A stretch of 64,000 nucleotides of DNA from NCBI GenBank assembly GCA_903837135.1, contig CAILTK010000030.1:3599-67598 (forward strand), in the 5' to 3' direction. Both the position numbers and the translations under genes were made by a program. The notes beneath the pieces were generated by a model. It made no database searches and had not been told where the DNA came from. It saw only the letters and a program-made list of their open reading frames with translations. Position 1 is the stretch's first letter. Every line of letters begins with the position of its first letter. Below are positions 28,722 through 39,101 of this stretch, in pieces. The DNA comes from an uncultured Caulobacterales bacterium. Its GTDB lineage: Bacteria; Pseudomonadota; Alphaproteobacteria; Caulobacterales; Caulobacteraceae.

Positions 28722-29165
28722 TCATCCTTGCTCGCGCATGGTCTTGATGGCGGCGCGCGCGAGGCCGTCGGCGCGCTCGTTCAGAGGATGCCCCGCGTGA
28801 CCCTTGACCCAGTGCCATCGCACCTCATGGCGGGCGCGGGCGAGATCGAGCCGCTTCCACAGATCCTCGTTCTTGACCGGCTTCTTGTCGGCGGTGCGCC
28901 AGCCGCGCGCCTTCCAGCCGGGCATCCATTCGGTGATCCCCTGGCGCAGGTACTGGCTGTCGGTATGCAGGTCGACGGTGCAGGGCCGCTTCAGCGCCTC
29001 GAGCGCCGCGATCGCCGCCATGATCTCCATCCGGTTGTTGGTGGTGAGCGCCTCGGCGCCGGACAGCTCGCGTTCGTGTCCGGCGGAGATCAAGACCGCG
29101 CCCCAGCCGCCTGGGCCCGGATTGCCGCTGCAGGCGCCGTCGGTATAGATCAGGACCGGGGTCAC
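28722..29165 (-). CDS. rnhA: ribonuclease HI
   Basis: C-terminal 147 aa of ORF 28722..30152 ([38 protein letters not shown]). GTG start overlaps the thrB stop (GTGA). Confidence 0.92.
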   Translation of the reverse strand: MTPVLIYTDGACSGNPGPGGWGAVLISAGHERELSGAEALTTNNRMEIMAAIAALEALKRPCTVDLHTDSQYLRQGITEWMPGWKARGWRTADKKPVKNEDLWKRLDLARARHEVRWHWVKGHAGHPLNERADGLARAAIKTMREQG

Positions 29166-30118
29166 AGGATCGCCTCCAGTCCGCCGGCGCGGTGCGCGTC
29201 GAGGCGGCGGGCATACTCCATCGGGTCCTTCGGCGTCACCAGGGCGCCCTCGGCGCCGCGCTGCCAGTCCACCAGCCGCGTGAGGAAGAAGCGCATGGCC
29301 GCGCCGCGGGCCAGGATCGGCATCGCCGTGCGCTCGGGCCCGGTCAGCGGGCGCTCCGCCTCGTAGCCGCGGAGCAGGGCGCGGGCATGATCGGCCAGGA
29401 CGCGGCCTTGCGGATCGAAACACCAGGCGTTGAGACAGACCGCGAGGTCGTAGGCGAGGGCGTCGTCGCAGGCGAAGTAGAAGTCGATCGCCCCGGCGAA
29501 GCGATCCTGGATGAAGAACACATTGTCCGGGAACAGGTCCGCGTGGATCGGCCCCTCCGGCAGGGCGCTCGGCCATGCGGCCTCGAGGGCGTCGAGATCG
29601 GCGGCGATCCGCCCGTCGAGACCGGGCTCGAGCGCGGCGGCCGCCGCGGCATGGCGCGGTTCGAACATCGGCGCCCACGCCTTGAGGCCCAGGTCGTTGG
29701 CCCGGCGTCCGGGAAAGCCGTCGGCGGCTGCGTGCAAGCGAGCCAGGCCGGCGCCGGCCTCTTCGCAGTGCGCCGCCGTCGGCGATCGGATCGAAAGGCC
29801 GTTCAGAAAGCTGACGATGGCGCAGGGTTTGCCGCGGACCTCGGTCAGGGCGCGACCCGACCGATCGGGGATCGGCGTCGGACAGGGAAAGCCCCGGGCG
29901 GCGAGCCAGCGCATTAGGTCGATGAAATAAGGCAGGTCGGCCGCGCGCACCCGCCGCTCGTAGATGGTCAGGATGAAGCGGCCGCGCTCGGTGTCGAGGA
30001 TGAAGTTGGAGTTCTCGATCCCCTCGGCCACCCCCTTGCACGACAGCGCGCGCCCGAGGTCGTACTGCGCGAGCAGGTCCTCGAGTTCGCGATCGGAGAT
30101 GTCGGTGTAGACGGCCAC
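29162..30118 (-). CDS. thrB: homoserine kinase (type II, ThrB)
   Basis: 318-aa [25 protein letters not shown]...GIENSNF...[12 protein letters not shown] is APH-fold homoserine kinase sequence. Confidence 0.9.
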   Translation of the reverse strand: MAVYTDISDRELEDLLAQYDLGRALSCKGVAEGIENSNFILDTERGRFILTIYERRVRAADLPYFIDLMRWLAARGFPCPTPIPDRSGRALTEVRGKPCAIVSFLNGLSIRSPTAAHCEEAGAGLARLHAAADGFPGRRANDLGLKAWAPMFEPRHAAAAAALEPGLDGRIAADLDALEAAWPSALPEGPIHADLFPDNVFFIQDRFAGAIDFYFACDDALAYDLAVCLNAWCFDPQGRVLADHARALLRGYEAERPLTGPERTAMPILARGAAMRFFLTRLVDWQRGAEGALVTPKDPMEYARRLDAHRAGGLEAIL

Positions 30119-30219
30119 GCCGCCTGATCGGCTGCGCCGCGCCGGGGGTCAAGCTGGCAGAGCGTCATAACCGGCGCGAACGGCGTGGAGCGGCAGGCCG
30201 GAGGGCCCCGGCGGCGCGA

Positions 30220-31188
30220 TCAGGTGGCCTGATCGGCGAGCAGGCGGGGCAGCTTGAAGGTCACATCCTCGATCTGGATCGGGCCTTCCTCGATCAGCAC
30301 CTCGAACCGACGCCTCAGGGCGTCGAGCACGCCCCTGACCAGAAGCTCCGGGGCCGATGCGCCGGCGGTCAGGCCAAGGCGGCGCACGCCTTCGAGCATG
30401 GCGTCGGTCATGCCGCCGGCGTCCTCGATCAGGTGGGCGTCGCGGGCCCCGGCGCGGCGGGCGACCTCGACCAGCCGTTGGGAGTTCGACGAGGTTCGCG
30501 AGCCGACCACCAGCACCAGATCGCAGCCCTCGGCGAGGGCCTTCACCGCTTCCTGCCGATTGGTGGTGGCGTAGCAGATGTCCTCGCGGTGCGGGCCGGC
30601 GATATTGGGAAAGCGCGCCCGCAGCGCCGCGACCATCTCGGCGGTGTCGTCCAGCGACAGGGTGGTCTGGGTCACGAAGGCCAGGTTGTCGGGATCGCGG
30701 GGCTCGAAACGCCGGACGTCCTCCGGCGTCTCCACCAGGGTGATCGCCCCGTCCGGCAGCTGACCCAGGGTTCCGAGCACTTCCGGATGCCCGTCATGCC
30801 CGATCAGCACGATCTCACGCCCGGCCAGATGGTGCCGTTCGGCGTCCAGGTGGACCTTGGACACCAGCGGACAGGTGGCGTCGAGGTAGAGCATGTGCCG
30901 CCGCGAGGCCTCCATCGTCGCGGCCTTGGGCGCGCCGTGGGCGGAGAAGATCACCGGACGATCGGTGGGGCAGTCGCAGACCTCTTCGACGAACACCGCG
31001 CCGAGCTTACGCAGCCGCTCCACCACATGGATGTTGTGCACGATCTCGTGGCGCACATAGACCGGCGCGCCGAATTTCTCGATCGCCCGCTCGACGATCT
31101 GAATCGCCCGCTCCACCCCGGCGCAAAAGCCGCGCGGACTGGCCAGTCTGACGATCAGCGGCGGTCGAAACGGCACGGTCGCGTCCAT
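30220..31188 (-). CDS. ispH: 4-hydroxy-3-methylbut-2-enyl diphosphate reductase
   Basis: 322-aa [29 protein letters not shown] and TCPLVSKVH are IspH signature segments. Confidence 0.93.
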   Translation of the reverse strand: MDATVPFRPPLIVRLASPRGFCAGVERAIQIVERAIEKFGAPVYVRHEIVHNIHVVERLRKLGAVFVEEVCDCPTDRPVIFSAHGAPKAATMEASRRHMLYLDATCPLVSKVHLDAERHHLAGREIVLIGHDGHPEVLGTLGQLPDGAITLVETPEDVRRFEPRDPDNLAFVTQTTLSLDDTAEMVAALRARFPNIAGPHREDICYATTNRQEAVKALAEGCDLVLVVGSRTSSNSQRLVEVARRAGARDAHLIEDAGGMTDAMLEGVRRLGLTAGASAPELLVRGVLDALRRRFEVLIEEGPIQIEDVTFKLPRLLADQAT

Positions 31189-31350
31189 ACGCTCAATCTA
31201 GGGCATGGCGGCGTCCGTAACCAGTGCGCCGCGTCGATGCGCCCGCGGCGCGGGGCGCGCGCCTTCATTGCGACGCGATGGCGTAGCAGGTATGAAGGCC
31301 TCTATCGGTCGGGACCGCGCCCGCGCCCCCTTTTCCTCCGGATCATCGTG

Positions 31351-32043
31351 ATGCGTCGTTTGTCGTTTGTGTTCCTGGGCGTCGCCCTCATGGTGATCGC
31401 GCCGACGGCCCAGCGGGCCTATGCGCAGTCGAGTCAGGCTCAGCGCGACGACGACGCCCGCCGTCAGGCCGAGGACGCGGAAGACAAGAAAAAGAAGCAG
31501 AAGGAAAAGGAATGGAACACCGACCCGGCGCCCCTGCCGTCGGTGACCAACGCCGGCCCCTGCCCCTTCGTCAGGGTGCTTTACGATGCGGCGCGCTATC
31601 TCGAACTCAAGGACAACAAGGAAGCCCTCGCCAACGTCGGCTGGACCGGCGAGGTCGAAGGCGTCCACTCCGCCTGCTCCTACAGGGCGAACGAGCCGAT
31701 TCGCGTGCAGGCGGCGATCAAGTTCGGTCTCGGCCGCGGGCCGCAGGCCGTGGGCGCATCCAAGGACTATCGCTACTGGGTCGCGGTCACGTCGCGAAAC
31801 CAGGCGGTGATCAGCAAGCAGTATTTCGACATCATCGGCGAGTTCAAGCCGGGTCAGGACCGGATCACGGTGGTCGACACCCTCAAGGGCATCACCATTC
31901 CCCGCGCCGACGCCACGGTGTCCGGCTCGCAGTTCGAGATCCTGATCGGGTTCGACGTGACGCCGGAAATGGCCGAGTTCAACCGGCTGGGTAAGCGGTT
32001 CCGCGCGGTCACCACGCAAACGGCCTCCGCCGGCGGCGACTAA
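31351..32043 (+). CDS. secreted hypothetical protein with a highly charged linker
   Basis: Last 230 aa of ORF 30433..32043 (the upstream part is antisense to ispH). Signal peptide MRRLSFVFLGVALMVIAPTAQRAYA, then a D/E/K-rich stretch (DDDARRQAEDAEDKKKKQKEKE), then a globular-looking domain. Confidence 0.65.
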   Translation: MRRLSFVFLGVALMVIAPTAQRAYAQSSQAQRDDDARRQAEDAEDKKKKQKEKEWNTDPAPLPSVTNAGPCPFVRVLYDAARYLELKDNKEALANVGWTGEVEGVHSACSYRANEPIRVQAAIKFGLGRGPQAVGASKDYRYWVAVTSRNQAVISKQYFDIIGEFKPGQDRITVVDTLKGITIPRADATVSGSQFEILIGFDVTPEMAEFNRLGKRFRAVTTQTASAGGD

Positions 32044-32049
32044 CCTCCT

Positions 32050-33771
32050 ATGAGCGATCTGAAGCACCGCCTGGGCGAGGCGGTCGAGGCCGCCTTCGCC
32101 GCCGAAGGTCTGCCGCAAGGGCTCGGGCGCGTGACCCCGTCCGACCGTCCCGACCTGGCGGATTTTCAGTCCAACGGCGCCCTGGCCGCGGCCAAGGCGG
32201 CCAAGGCCAATCCGCGCGAGATCGCCGGCCGGGTGGCGGAACGGATCGCGGCCGACCCCCGGTTGGCGTCGGTGGAGATCGCCGGTCCGGGCTTCATCAA
32301 CCTCAGGCTCACCGACGCGGCGCTCTCGGACCGGGCCGCGGAAATCGCCGCCGATCCGCGGACGGGCGGGGAGACGGTCTCCGCGCCGCGCCGGGTGCTG
32401 GTCGACTACGGCGGGCCCAACGTGGCCAAGCCCATGCACGTGGGACACCTGCGCGCGTCGATCATCGGCGAATCGATCAAGCGGCTGTTCCGCTGGCGCG
32501 GCGACGAGGTCGTCGGCGACGCCCATTTCGGCGACTGGGGCTTCCAGATGGGGCTGCTGATCGTCGCGGTCGGCGACGAGGATATCGATCCCGCACGCCT
32601 GACGCTCGATGATCTCGAACGCCTCTACCCGCAGGCGGCGGCCAAGGCCAAGACCGACCTCCCGTTCCGGGATCGCGCGCGCAAGGCCACCGCCGAACTG
32701 CAGGCGGGCCGGGCGGACTATCGCGCCCTCTGGCGCCGGTTCGTCGACGTGAGCCGCGCGGCGCTGCAGCGCGAGTTTCATGCCCTCGGCGTCGATTTCG
32801 ACCTGTGGAAGGGGGAGAGCGACGCGGATCCCTTGATGGCGGGCATGGTGGACGACCTGCGCGCCAAGGGCCTGCTCGTTCCCGACCAGGGCGCCGAGAT
32901 CGTCCGCGTCGCGAGGGACGGCGACCGGCGTGAGGTCCCGCCGCTGATCGTGGTCTCCTCCGAGGGATCGGCCATGTACGGGGCCACGGACCTCGCCACC
33001 GTGATCGACCGCAAGCAGAGCTTTGCGCCCGACCTCACCCTCTATGTGGTCGATCAGCGCCAGGCCGATCATTTCGACCAGGTGTTCCGGGCCGCCTATC
33101 TCGCCGGCTATGCGGCGGAGGGATCGCTCGAGCACATCGGCTTCGGCACGATGAACGGGGCCGACGGCAAGCCCTTCAAGACCCGCGAGGGCGGCGTGCT
33201 GAAGCTGCACGACCTGATCACCATGGCCACCGACAAGGCGCGCGAGCGGCTGCACGAAGCGGGTCTCGGCGCGGAACTGCCGGCGGGGGAGTTCGAAGCG
33301 ACGGCGCACAAGGTGGCCGTGGCGGCGCTCAAGTTCGCCGACCTGTCCAACTTCCGCGGCACGAGCTACGTCTTCGACCTCGACCGCTTCATGAGCTTCG
33401 AGGGCAAGACCGGACCCTATCTGCTGTACCAGGCGGTGCGGATCAAAAGCCTGCTGCGCCGGGCGGAGGCCGACGGCGCGGCGGCAGGCCCGGTCGCGGC
33501 GCATGAACCGGCGGAGCGGGATCTGGTGCTCACGCTCGACGCCTTCGAGCAGGCGCTGGCGGACGCCTATGACAAGCGGGCGCCGCATACGATCGCCGAA
33601 CACGCCTATCGTCTGGCGCAGAGTTTCTCGAGATTTTACGCCGGCTGTCCGATCCTGCAGGCCCCGGACACGGCGACGCGCGCATCGCGCCTCACACTGG
33701 CGCGGACCACGCTCGCGCAACTCGAGCAATCGCTGGCTTTGCTGGGGATCGAGACGCCCGAGCGGATGTAG
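32050..33771 (+). CDS. argS: arginine--tRNA ligase
   Basis: 573-aa ORF with the class I HVGH motif ([13 protein letters not shown]) and overall ArgS-like sequence. Confidence 0.93.
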   Translation: MSDLKHRLGEAVEAAFAAEGLPQGLGRVTPSDRPDLADFQSNGALAAAKAAKANPREIAGRVAERIAADPRLASVEIAGPGFINLRLTDAALSDRAAEIAADPRTGGETVSAPRRVLVDYGGPNVAKPMHVGHLRASIIGESIKRLFRWRGDEVVGDAHFGDWGFQMGLLIVAVGDEDIDPARLTLDDLERLYPQAAAKAKTDLPFRDRARKATAELQAGRADYRALWRRFVDVSRAALQREFHALGVDFDLWKGESDADPLMAGMVDDLRAKGLLVPDQGAEIVRVARDGDRREVPPLIVVSSEGSAMYGATDLATVIDRKQSFAPDLTLYVVDQRQADHFDQVFRAAYLAGYAAEGSLEHIGFGTMNGADGKPFKTREGGVLKLHDLITMATDKARERLHEAGLGAELPAGEFEATAHKVAVAALKFADLSNFRGTSYVFDLDRFMSFEGKTGPYLLYQAVRIKSLLRRAEADGAAAGPVAAHEPAERDLVLTLDAFEQALADAYDKRAPHTIAEHAYRLAQSFSRFYAGCPILQAPDTATRASRLTLARTTLAQLEQSLALLGIETPERM

Positions 33772-33822
33772 GGCGCAAGGTCGGCGCCCCTCGGAAGAGG
33801 AGCGCGACCCCTCGCACGGGCC

Positions 33823-34368
33823 TCAGCTACAGGCGCCGGGGTTCCACTCGTATTTGTTCTGGTCTTGCCGCCAGACCCATTGTCCACAGGCCGTTCTTCC
33901 ACCCGGCGCGGCCGAACCGCCCGGGGTCGCCGACGGCGGCGTATAGTCGCCGCCCGGCGCCTGCGCCGGGGGCGCGTAGCCGGCCGGCGGCGGCGGCGGA
34001 CCATAGTCGTCGTCGTAGTCGTAGGCGTACGGCGGGGCGTAACCATAGTAGGGATAGGCGTAGCCGGGATAATAGCCCCAGTACCAAGGGTCCCAGGCGG
34101 CGCCGAGGGCCAGTCCGAGGCCGAAGCCGCCCCAACCCCATCCATAACCGCGGTAGCCATAGCCGCCTCGGTAGCCGTAGCCGCCGCGATAACCATAACC
34201 GCCGTGATAGCCATAACCACCGCCGTGGCCATAGCCCCCGCCGTGGGCGAAACCGCCGCCGGCGTGGAAGCCTCCGCCGTGGCCGCCGCCGCCATGCGTC
34301 TGCGCGGACGCGGCGAGGGGCGCGAGAGTGCAGGCGCCGACCATGAGCGCCGCTGCCAACCTCTTCAT
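33823..34368 (-). CDS. secreted Gly/Tyr/His-rich low-complexity protein
   Basis: ORF 33823..34383. Start placed at MKRL after GGAGG. Signal peptide, then HGGGG/GGYGYR repeats, an aromatic/Pro-rich middle, and a C-terminal CGQWVWRQDQNKYEWNPGAC module. Confidence 0.6.
   Translation of the reverse strand: MKRLAAALMVGACTLAPLAASAQTHGGGGHGGGFHAGGGFAHGGGYGHGGGYGYHGGYGYRGGYGYRGGYGYRGYGWGWGGFGLGLALGAAWDPWYWGYYPGYAYPYYGYAPPYAYDYDDDYGPPPPPAGYAPPAQAPGGDYTPPSATPGGSAAPGGRTACGQWVWRQDQNKYEWNPGACS
34120..34299 (-). repeat. in-frame GC-rich coding repeats (GGYGYR x3 and related GGGxH/GGY units)
   Basis: Nucleotide periodicity is visible as ...gtagccatagccgcc... repeated units. They encode HGGGGHGGGFHAGGGFAHGGGYGHGGGYGYHGGYGYRGGYGYRGGYGYRGYGWGWGG. 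Confidence 0.7.
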
Positions 34369-34471
34369 CCGGACCTCCATCACTCCACTCTCCGTAAGTT
34401 GCCCCTTAACGTGTCGGGCTCAAGGCCTCATATGCTGAAATTCCGCAGGGGGGCCTGGAGTTCGGTTTCAT

Positions 34472-34927
34472 ATGCGTAATATTGGTTCGACAATCGCCCG
34501 ATCCGCTGCCGTATTCGCGGCGATGGCGGCTTTGGCCGGCGGCGCCCGCGCGCAGACGAGCCGGCTTTCCAGCCTGCACGACGCCCTGCACCTGACCGCC
34601 GCCCAGGAAGACGGCTGGCGGGCTTATGTGGCGGCGATCAGCCCGGATCCCTCGGCCGAGGCGCGTCATCGCGAAATGCAGCGCATGATGCCGACCTTGC
34701 CGACGCCGAGGCGCGTCGATCTGGTCAACGCCGAAGTCGACGCGGACGCCGCCATGGTCCACCGGCAGGGCGCCGCGGTGAAGGCCTTCTACGCCAGTCT
34801 GTCCCCGCCGCAGCAGGACGCCTTCGATCACCAGACGGCGCAGGCCCAGGGGGGCGGGGCGGGGCCGCAGCCGGGCGGGAGCCGCCTCGGCCGTCCGTCG
34901 GGCGACAGCCTGCCACAGCCGCGCTGA
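34472..34927 (+). CDS. periplasmic LTXXQ-motif (Spy/CpxP-family-like) protein
   Basis: 151-aa ORF with a signal peptide, LHLTAAQ (LTXXQ) and a second LSPPQQ-type motif. Divergent from the Gly/Tyr-rich gene. Confidence 0.6.
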   Translation: MRNIGSTIARSAAVFAAMAALAGGARAQTSRLSSLHDALHLTAAQEDGWRAYVAAISPDPSAEARHREMQRMMPTLPTPRRVDLVNAEVDADAAMVHRQGAAVKAFYASLSPPQQDAFDHQTAQAQGGGAGPQPGGSRLGRPSGDSLPQPR

Positions 34928-34965
34928 AAGGAGCCGTGGGCGGGCGATGAACCGCTCGGGCCCGC

Positions 34966-36069
34966 TTATCCGCGCAATCGTTCGGCCACCGCCATGAAGG
35001 CCGCCGCGGTGGCGCTCTCAGGCGCCGCAGCGACCAGGGGCGCGCCGGCGTCGCCGCCCTGGCGCAGGGCGATGTCGATCGGTAGTTCGGCGAGGAAGGG
35101 GACGCCGATCTCCTCGGCCATGGCGCGTGCGCCGCCGCGGCCGAAGATCTCGATCGGCGCGCCGGTGGCGGGGTCGGTGAAGTAGGCCATGTTCTCCACC
35201 ACGCCGAGCACCGGGACCGCGACCTTGCCGAACATGGCCACCCCGCGCCGCACGTCGGCCAGGGCGATCGCCTGCGGGGTCGACACGATCACCACTCCAT
35301 CGATGGCGATCTTCTGCGACAGGGTGAGCAGGATGTCGCCGGTGCCCGGCGGCAGGTCGAGCACCAGCACGTCGAGCGGCTCGGCCGCGCTGCCCCAGGC
35401 GACCTCGTTGATCAACTGGTTGACCGCCGAGGAGGCCATCGGTCCACGCCAGATCATGGCCGAGTCCGGCTCGACGATCAGGCCGATCGAGGTGACCTTC
35501 ACGCCATAGGCTTCGGCCGGGATCATCCGCTTGTCGGCGGTCAGCCGCGGCTGGCCCGAAACCCCCATCATGTGCGGGACCGAGGGGCCGTAGATGTCGG
35601 CGTCCATCAGGCCGGTGGAAAGGCCGAGCCGCGCGAAGGCGCAGGCGAGATTGACGGCGACGGTGGACTTGCCGACCCCGCCCTTGGCCGAGGCCACGGC
35701 GATGATCCGCTTCACGTGGTCGGGCCGGGTCGCGGTCGGCGTGGGGCGCAGCGCCGCGCGCGGATCCTCGGCGACGGTGGCGCGCCGCGGCGGCGGCGGG
35801 ACGGGGGCGACGGGGGTGTCCTCGGCGGTGAGCACCACCTGGGCCTGGCGGACGCCCGGCAGGGCGCGAAGGGCGGCCTCGGCCTGCTCGCGGACCGGCG
35901 CGTAGAGGCCGGCGTCGGCCGCCGCGACCTCGAGCATGAATCCGGCCCGGCCTTCGCGCAGGCTGAGACCGCGGACCAGGCCGGCCATGGCCAGCCCCTG
36001 ACCCGACTTCGGATCCTTGATGGCGTCGAGCGCCTGCATCACGGCGGCGCGGCTGGGCGTGAGCTCCAT
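34966..36069 (-). CDS. apbC: Mrp/NBP35-family Fe-S cluster carrier ATPase (ApbC)
   Basis: 367-aa ORF. N-terminal DUF59-like domain, deviant Walker A (ASAKGGVGKST) and CPHM-like region (GPSVPHMMG). Confidence 0.9.
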   Translation of the reverse strand: MELTPSRAAVMQALDAIKDPKSGQGLAMAGLVRGLSLREGRAGFMLEVAAADAGLYAPVREQAEAALRALPGVRQAQVVLTAEDTPVAPVPPPPRRATVAEDPRAALRPTPTATRPDHVKRIIAVASAKGGVGKSTVAVNLACAFARLGLSTGLMDADIYGPSVPHMMGVSGQPRLTADKRMIPAEAYGVKVTSIGLIVEPDSAMIWRGPMASSAVNQLINEVAWGSAAEPLDVLVLDLPPGTGDILLTLSQKIAIDGVVIVSTPQAIALADVRRGVAMFGKVAVPVLGVVENMAYFTDPATGAPIEIFGRGGARAMAEEIGVPFLAELPIDIALRQGGDAGAPLVAAAPESATAAAFMAVAERLRG

Positions 36070-36078
36070 GCGGTTCCT

Positions 36079-36984
36079 TTAACTCGCCTCGCCGGGCGGC
36101 GCGAACTCCGCGGCGGCGTAGCCCTGGAAATAGAGCAGGGCGGTCAGATCGGCGTGGTCGACCCGGGCGTCGGCCTCGGCCGACACGACCGGCTTGGCCC
36201 GGTAGGCGACGCCCAGGCCCGCGGCCCGGATCATGGCCAGATCGTTGGCGCCGTCGCCCACCGCCAACGCATCCTCGAGCATGGCTCCCAGCACTGCGGC
36301 CTCCCGCTGCAGGGCGGCCAGCTTGGCCTCACGGCCCAGGATCGGTTCGCTCACCTGGCCGGTCAGCCGAAGCCCGTCGTCGAGCAGAGTGTTGGCGAAG
36401 TCGGCATGGAATCCCGCCGCGGCCGCCACCGGCCCGGTAAAGCTCTTGAACCCGCCCGACACCAATACGCAGCGGGCGCCGTGCGCGGCCATGGTCGTCA
36501 CCAGGGTCCGCGCCCCGGGATTCAGCCGCACCCGGGCGTCATAGCACTGGCCCAGCGCGGCCAGCTCGAGCCCCGCCAGCATGGCGACGCGCTCGCGCAG
36601 GGCGCCCTCGAAGCCGATCTCGCCGCGCATGGCGCGTTCGGTGATCGCCGCGACCTCGGCCTTGCGCCCGGCGAAGTCGGCGAGCTCGTCCAGGCACTCG
36701 CAGCCGATGATGGTGGAATCCATGTCGGCCAGCAGCAGGCGTTTGCGCCGGCCTTCGATGGGCTGGACGCAGACGTCGACCGGCAGGCCGGACACGGCCA
36801 GTTGCGCGCCCTCGCGCAGGGCCGCCAGGCTGGCGGCCTCGATGGTCCAGTCCTCGGCGCCCGGCCCAAGCGTGCGCCGCGCCTTGACGCGGCCGCCCGC
36901 CGCAGCCACCGCTGCCTCGAGCCGGGCGTCCGCCGCGGGTTCGGCGTCGGGAGCGGGTGTGACGAAGGTGAGGGCGAGCGACAT
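36079..36984 (-). CDS. serB: phosphoserine phosphatase
   Basis: ORF 36079..37095. Start placed at MSLALTF (cat at 36982-36984). HAD motifs DMDSTII, SGGF and GDGANDL. Confidence 0.88.
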   Translation of the reverse strand: MSLALTFVTPAPDAEPAADARLEAAVAAAGGRVKARRTLGPGAEDWTIEAASLAALREGAQLAVSGLPVDVCVQPIEGRRKRLLLADMDSTIIGCECLDELADFAGRKAEVAAITERAMRGEIGFEGALRERVAMLAGLELAALGQCYDARVRLNPGARTLVTTMAAHGARCVLVSGGFKSFTGPVAAAAGFHADFANTLLDDGLRLTGQVSEPILGREAKLAALQREAAVLGAMLEDALAVGDGANDLAMIRAAGLGVAYRAKPVVSAEADARVDHADLTALLYFQGYAAAEFAPPGEAS

Positions 36985-37897
36985 GGCGAGTCCGAGCGTC
37001 TGGCTGATCGCCGGCCCGACCGCAAGCGGCAAGTCCGCCCTGGCGCTCGCTCTGGCCGAGCGGATCGGAGCCGAGATCGTCAACGCCGACTCCATGCAGA
37101 TCTATCGCGACCTGCCGATCCTCACCGCGCGGCCGCCCGCGGCGGACCTCGCGCGCGCGCCGCACCACCTCTACGGGGTCGCCGACGGCGCCGAGGCCTG
37201 GTCGGTCGGGCGCTGGCTGCGCGAAGCGGCCGCCGTCCTCGGCGAGATCGCGTCGCGGGACCGGCCGGCCATCGTGGTCGGCGGCGCCGGGCTATATTTC
37301 CGCGCCCTGACCGAAGGCTTGGCCGAAATCCCGCCGGTGCCGGCGCAGCTGCGGGACGTGACGGAGGCCCAGTTCGAAACCGAAGGCGAGACCTCGTTTC
37401 GCCAGCGACTGCAGGCTCTGGACCCCTCGGCCGAGGCGCGGATCGCCGCGGGCGACCGCCAGCGCCTGGTGCGCGCGATGAGCGTGGCGGTGGGCACGGG
37501 CCGGGCTCTCAGCGACTGGCAGGCGCACCCCGGCGTCACGCCCCTGTCGGGCTGGCGTGGAGTGGTGCTGGATCCGCCGCGCGCGGCGCTCTACGCCGCC
37601 TGCGACCTGCGGCTCTCGGCCATGCTGCAGGCGGGGGCGCTGGACGAAGCGCGCGCGCTCCTGGCCCGCGAGCTCGATCCGGGTCTGCCGGTGATGAAGG
37701 CGCTCGGCGCGCCGGAACTGATCGCCCATCTGCGCGGCGACCTGTCCCTGGAGCAGGCGCTCGAAACCGCCCGCCAGTCCACCCGCCGCTACGCCAAGCG
37801 ACAGACGACCTGGTTCCGCAATCAGACCCCGGACTGGCCGCGGCTTGCGGCGCCTGATCCGGACGCCGCGCTGCGGGCGCTGGCCATCAACCCTTGA
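36983..37897 (+). CDS. miaA: tRNA dimethylallyltransferase
   Basis: Within ORF 36581..37897. Start at [22 protein letters not shown] (P-loop), followed by [18 protein letters not shown]. Confidence 0.9.
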   Translation: MASPSVWLIAGPTASGKSALALALAERIGAEIVNADSMQIYRDLPILTARPPAADLARAPHHLYGVADGAEAWSVGRWLREAAAVLGEIASRDRPAIVVGGAGLYFRALTEGLAEIPPVPAQLRDVTEAQFETEGETSFRQRLQALDPSAEARIAAGDRQRLVRAMSVAVGTGRALSDWQAHPGVTPLSGWRGVVLDPPRAALYAACDLRLSAMLQAGALDEARALLARELDPGLPVMKALGAPELIAHLRGDLSLEQALETARQSTRRYAKRQTTWFRNQTPDWPRLAAPDPDAALRALAINP

Positions 37898-38468
37898 AGC
37901 CCGGTCCCGCAAGATAGGCGAGCTCCTCGGCCGAGCTCTCGCGCCCGAGGATCTGGTTGCGGTGTGGAAAGCGGCCGAAGCGGACGATGAGGTCGCGATG
38001 CAGCGCGGCGTAACGCCGGTGATCGTCGCTCGCGTCTTCCGCCAGGGCCGAGATCAGCGCCACCGATCGCTCCTGGTCCTGGAGATCCTCGGAATGTTCG
38101 AACGGCATGTAGAAGAACAGGCGAAGGGCCGGCTCCGACGCCTGATCGCGGCCCAGGCCGATGGCCCGCGACGCGGTCGCCCGCGCCAGCGGATCCGTCG
38201 CGAACGCCCGGGCGGTGTCGCGGTAGAGATTGCGCGGAAACTGATCGAGCAGCAGCACCAGGGCCAGGGCGCCTTCGGGCATGTCCATCCAGTCCGCATA
38301 GTCGCCGCGGGCGGCGGCGTGGTGCACCGCCTCGAACCGTTCGCGGATCGCCGCATCGAAGGCGTCGTCGCGGGCGAACCACAGCGCGGGCCCGGCGTCG
38401 CGCCAGAAGTCCACGATCTCTGCATAGAGCGGCGGCTCGAGGGTCATCACGGTCTCCCAGGCCGCCAT
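37887..38468 (-). CDS. DUF924-family protein
   Basis: C-terminal 193 aa of ORF 37887..38876. [22 protein letters not shown] and RFGRFPHRN are DUF924 hallmarks as I recall them. Confidence 0.8.
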   Translation of the reverse strand: MAAWETVMTLEPPLYAEIVDFWRDAGPALWFARDDAFDAAIRERFEAVHHAAARGDYADWMDMPEGALALVLLLDQFPRNLYRDTARAFATDPLARATASRAIGLGRDQASEPALRLFFYMPFEHSEDLQDQERSVALISALAEDASDDHRRYAALHRDLIVRFGRFPHRNQILGRESSAEELAYLAGPGFKG

Positions 38469-38537
38469 ATCGCCGCCCCAGGCCGTCGCGCAAGTCGGGG
38501 GTTGACCGGAAGCGGGTCGCGGGAGCTTGGTCTGCGC

Positions 38538-39101
38538 ATGCGGCGCATCTCCTCCGTCTATCTGTCCGGCCCGGAGCGCTGGACCCTGGGCGCAGCCGAC
38601 CTGATGGGGCGGCAGAGGCGGCTTTGCGCGGCGGCGGGCGTGGAGCCCCTGTTCGCCGGCGATACCCCCCTGGTCGAGCGGGACGGCTCGGAGGCCATGG
38701 CGCGCGAACTCTATGCGGCCACCCTGGCCAGTCTTCGCCGCGCGGACGCGGTGATCGCCAATCTGACCCCCTGGCGCGGACCGTCCGCCGATCCGTCCGC
38801 GGCCTTCGAAGCCGGATTCGCCTCCGCGCTCGGCAAGCCGGTGTTCGCCTACATGAACGTGTTCGACGAGGGGCACGCGGAGTACGCGGCGCGGGTCGAA
38901 AGCCTGATCGGCAGCGTGATCGGCGAGGACGGCGTGCTGCGCGATCCGGATGAGGCGGCGATCGAGGATTTCGGCCTGCCCGAGACGGTGATGTTGTGGG
39001 CCGAGGCGCGGCGCTTCTTCTGCATCGTCACCGCCGACCCGTTCGACGACGTCACCGGCGTCGGGCTCTGCCTCGAGGCGATGAAGGCCTACGCGGACTG
39101 A
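38538..39101 (+). CDS. nucleoside 2-deoxyribosyltransferase-family protein
   Basis: C-terminal 187 aa of ORF 37845..39101; start MRRISSVYLSGP. VIANLTPWRGPSADPSAAFEAGFASALGKPVFAY fits the NDT-like fold family. Confidence 0.7.
   Translation: MRRISSVYLSGPERWTLGAADLMGRQRRLCAAAGVEPLFAGDTPLVERDGSEAMARELYAATLASLRRADAVIANLTPWRGPSADPSAAFEAGFASALGKPVFAYMNVFDEGHAEYAARVESLIGSVIGEDGVLRDPDEAAIEDFGLPETVMLWAEARRFFCIVTADPFDDVTGVGLCLEAMKAYAD

Noticed and set aside
30433-31350. Upstream 306 codons of the 536-aa ORF 30433..32043
   Set aside because: This part is antisense to ispH and has junk composition. A signal peptide with its own ATG at 31351 marks the real start.
33636-34479. Several 100-220-aa ORFs on both strands across the Gly/Tyr-rich gene (33636..34295, 33827..34141, 33865..34479). 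I also considered a possible CRISPR-like or tandem-repeat array here.
   Set aside because: These are by-products of the GC-rich coding repeats. The repeat units are short (about 18 nt), contiguous and in frame with a signal-peptide-bearing ORF. There are no spacer-like unique segments and no cas genes.
37887-39101. DUF924 plus nucleoside 2-deoxyribosyltransferase-like pair as a possible nucleotide-based defence module
   Set aside because: The genes are divergent, not an operon. Their composition is native, and there are no effector or sensor partners nearby. There is no sequence evidence beyond fold-family membership.
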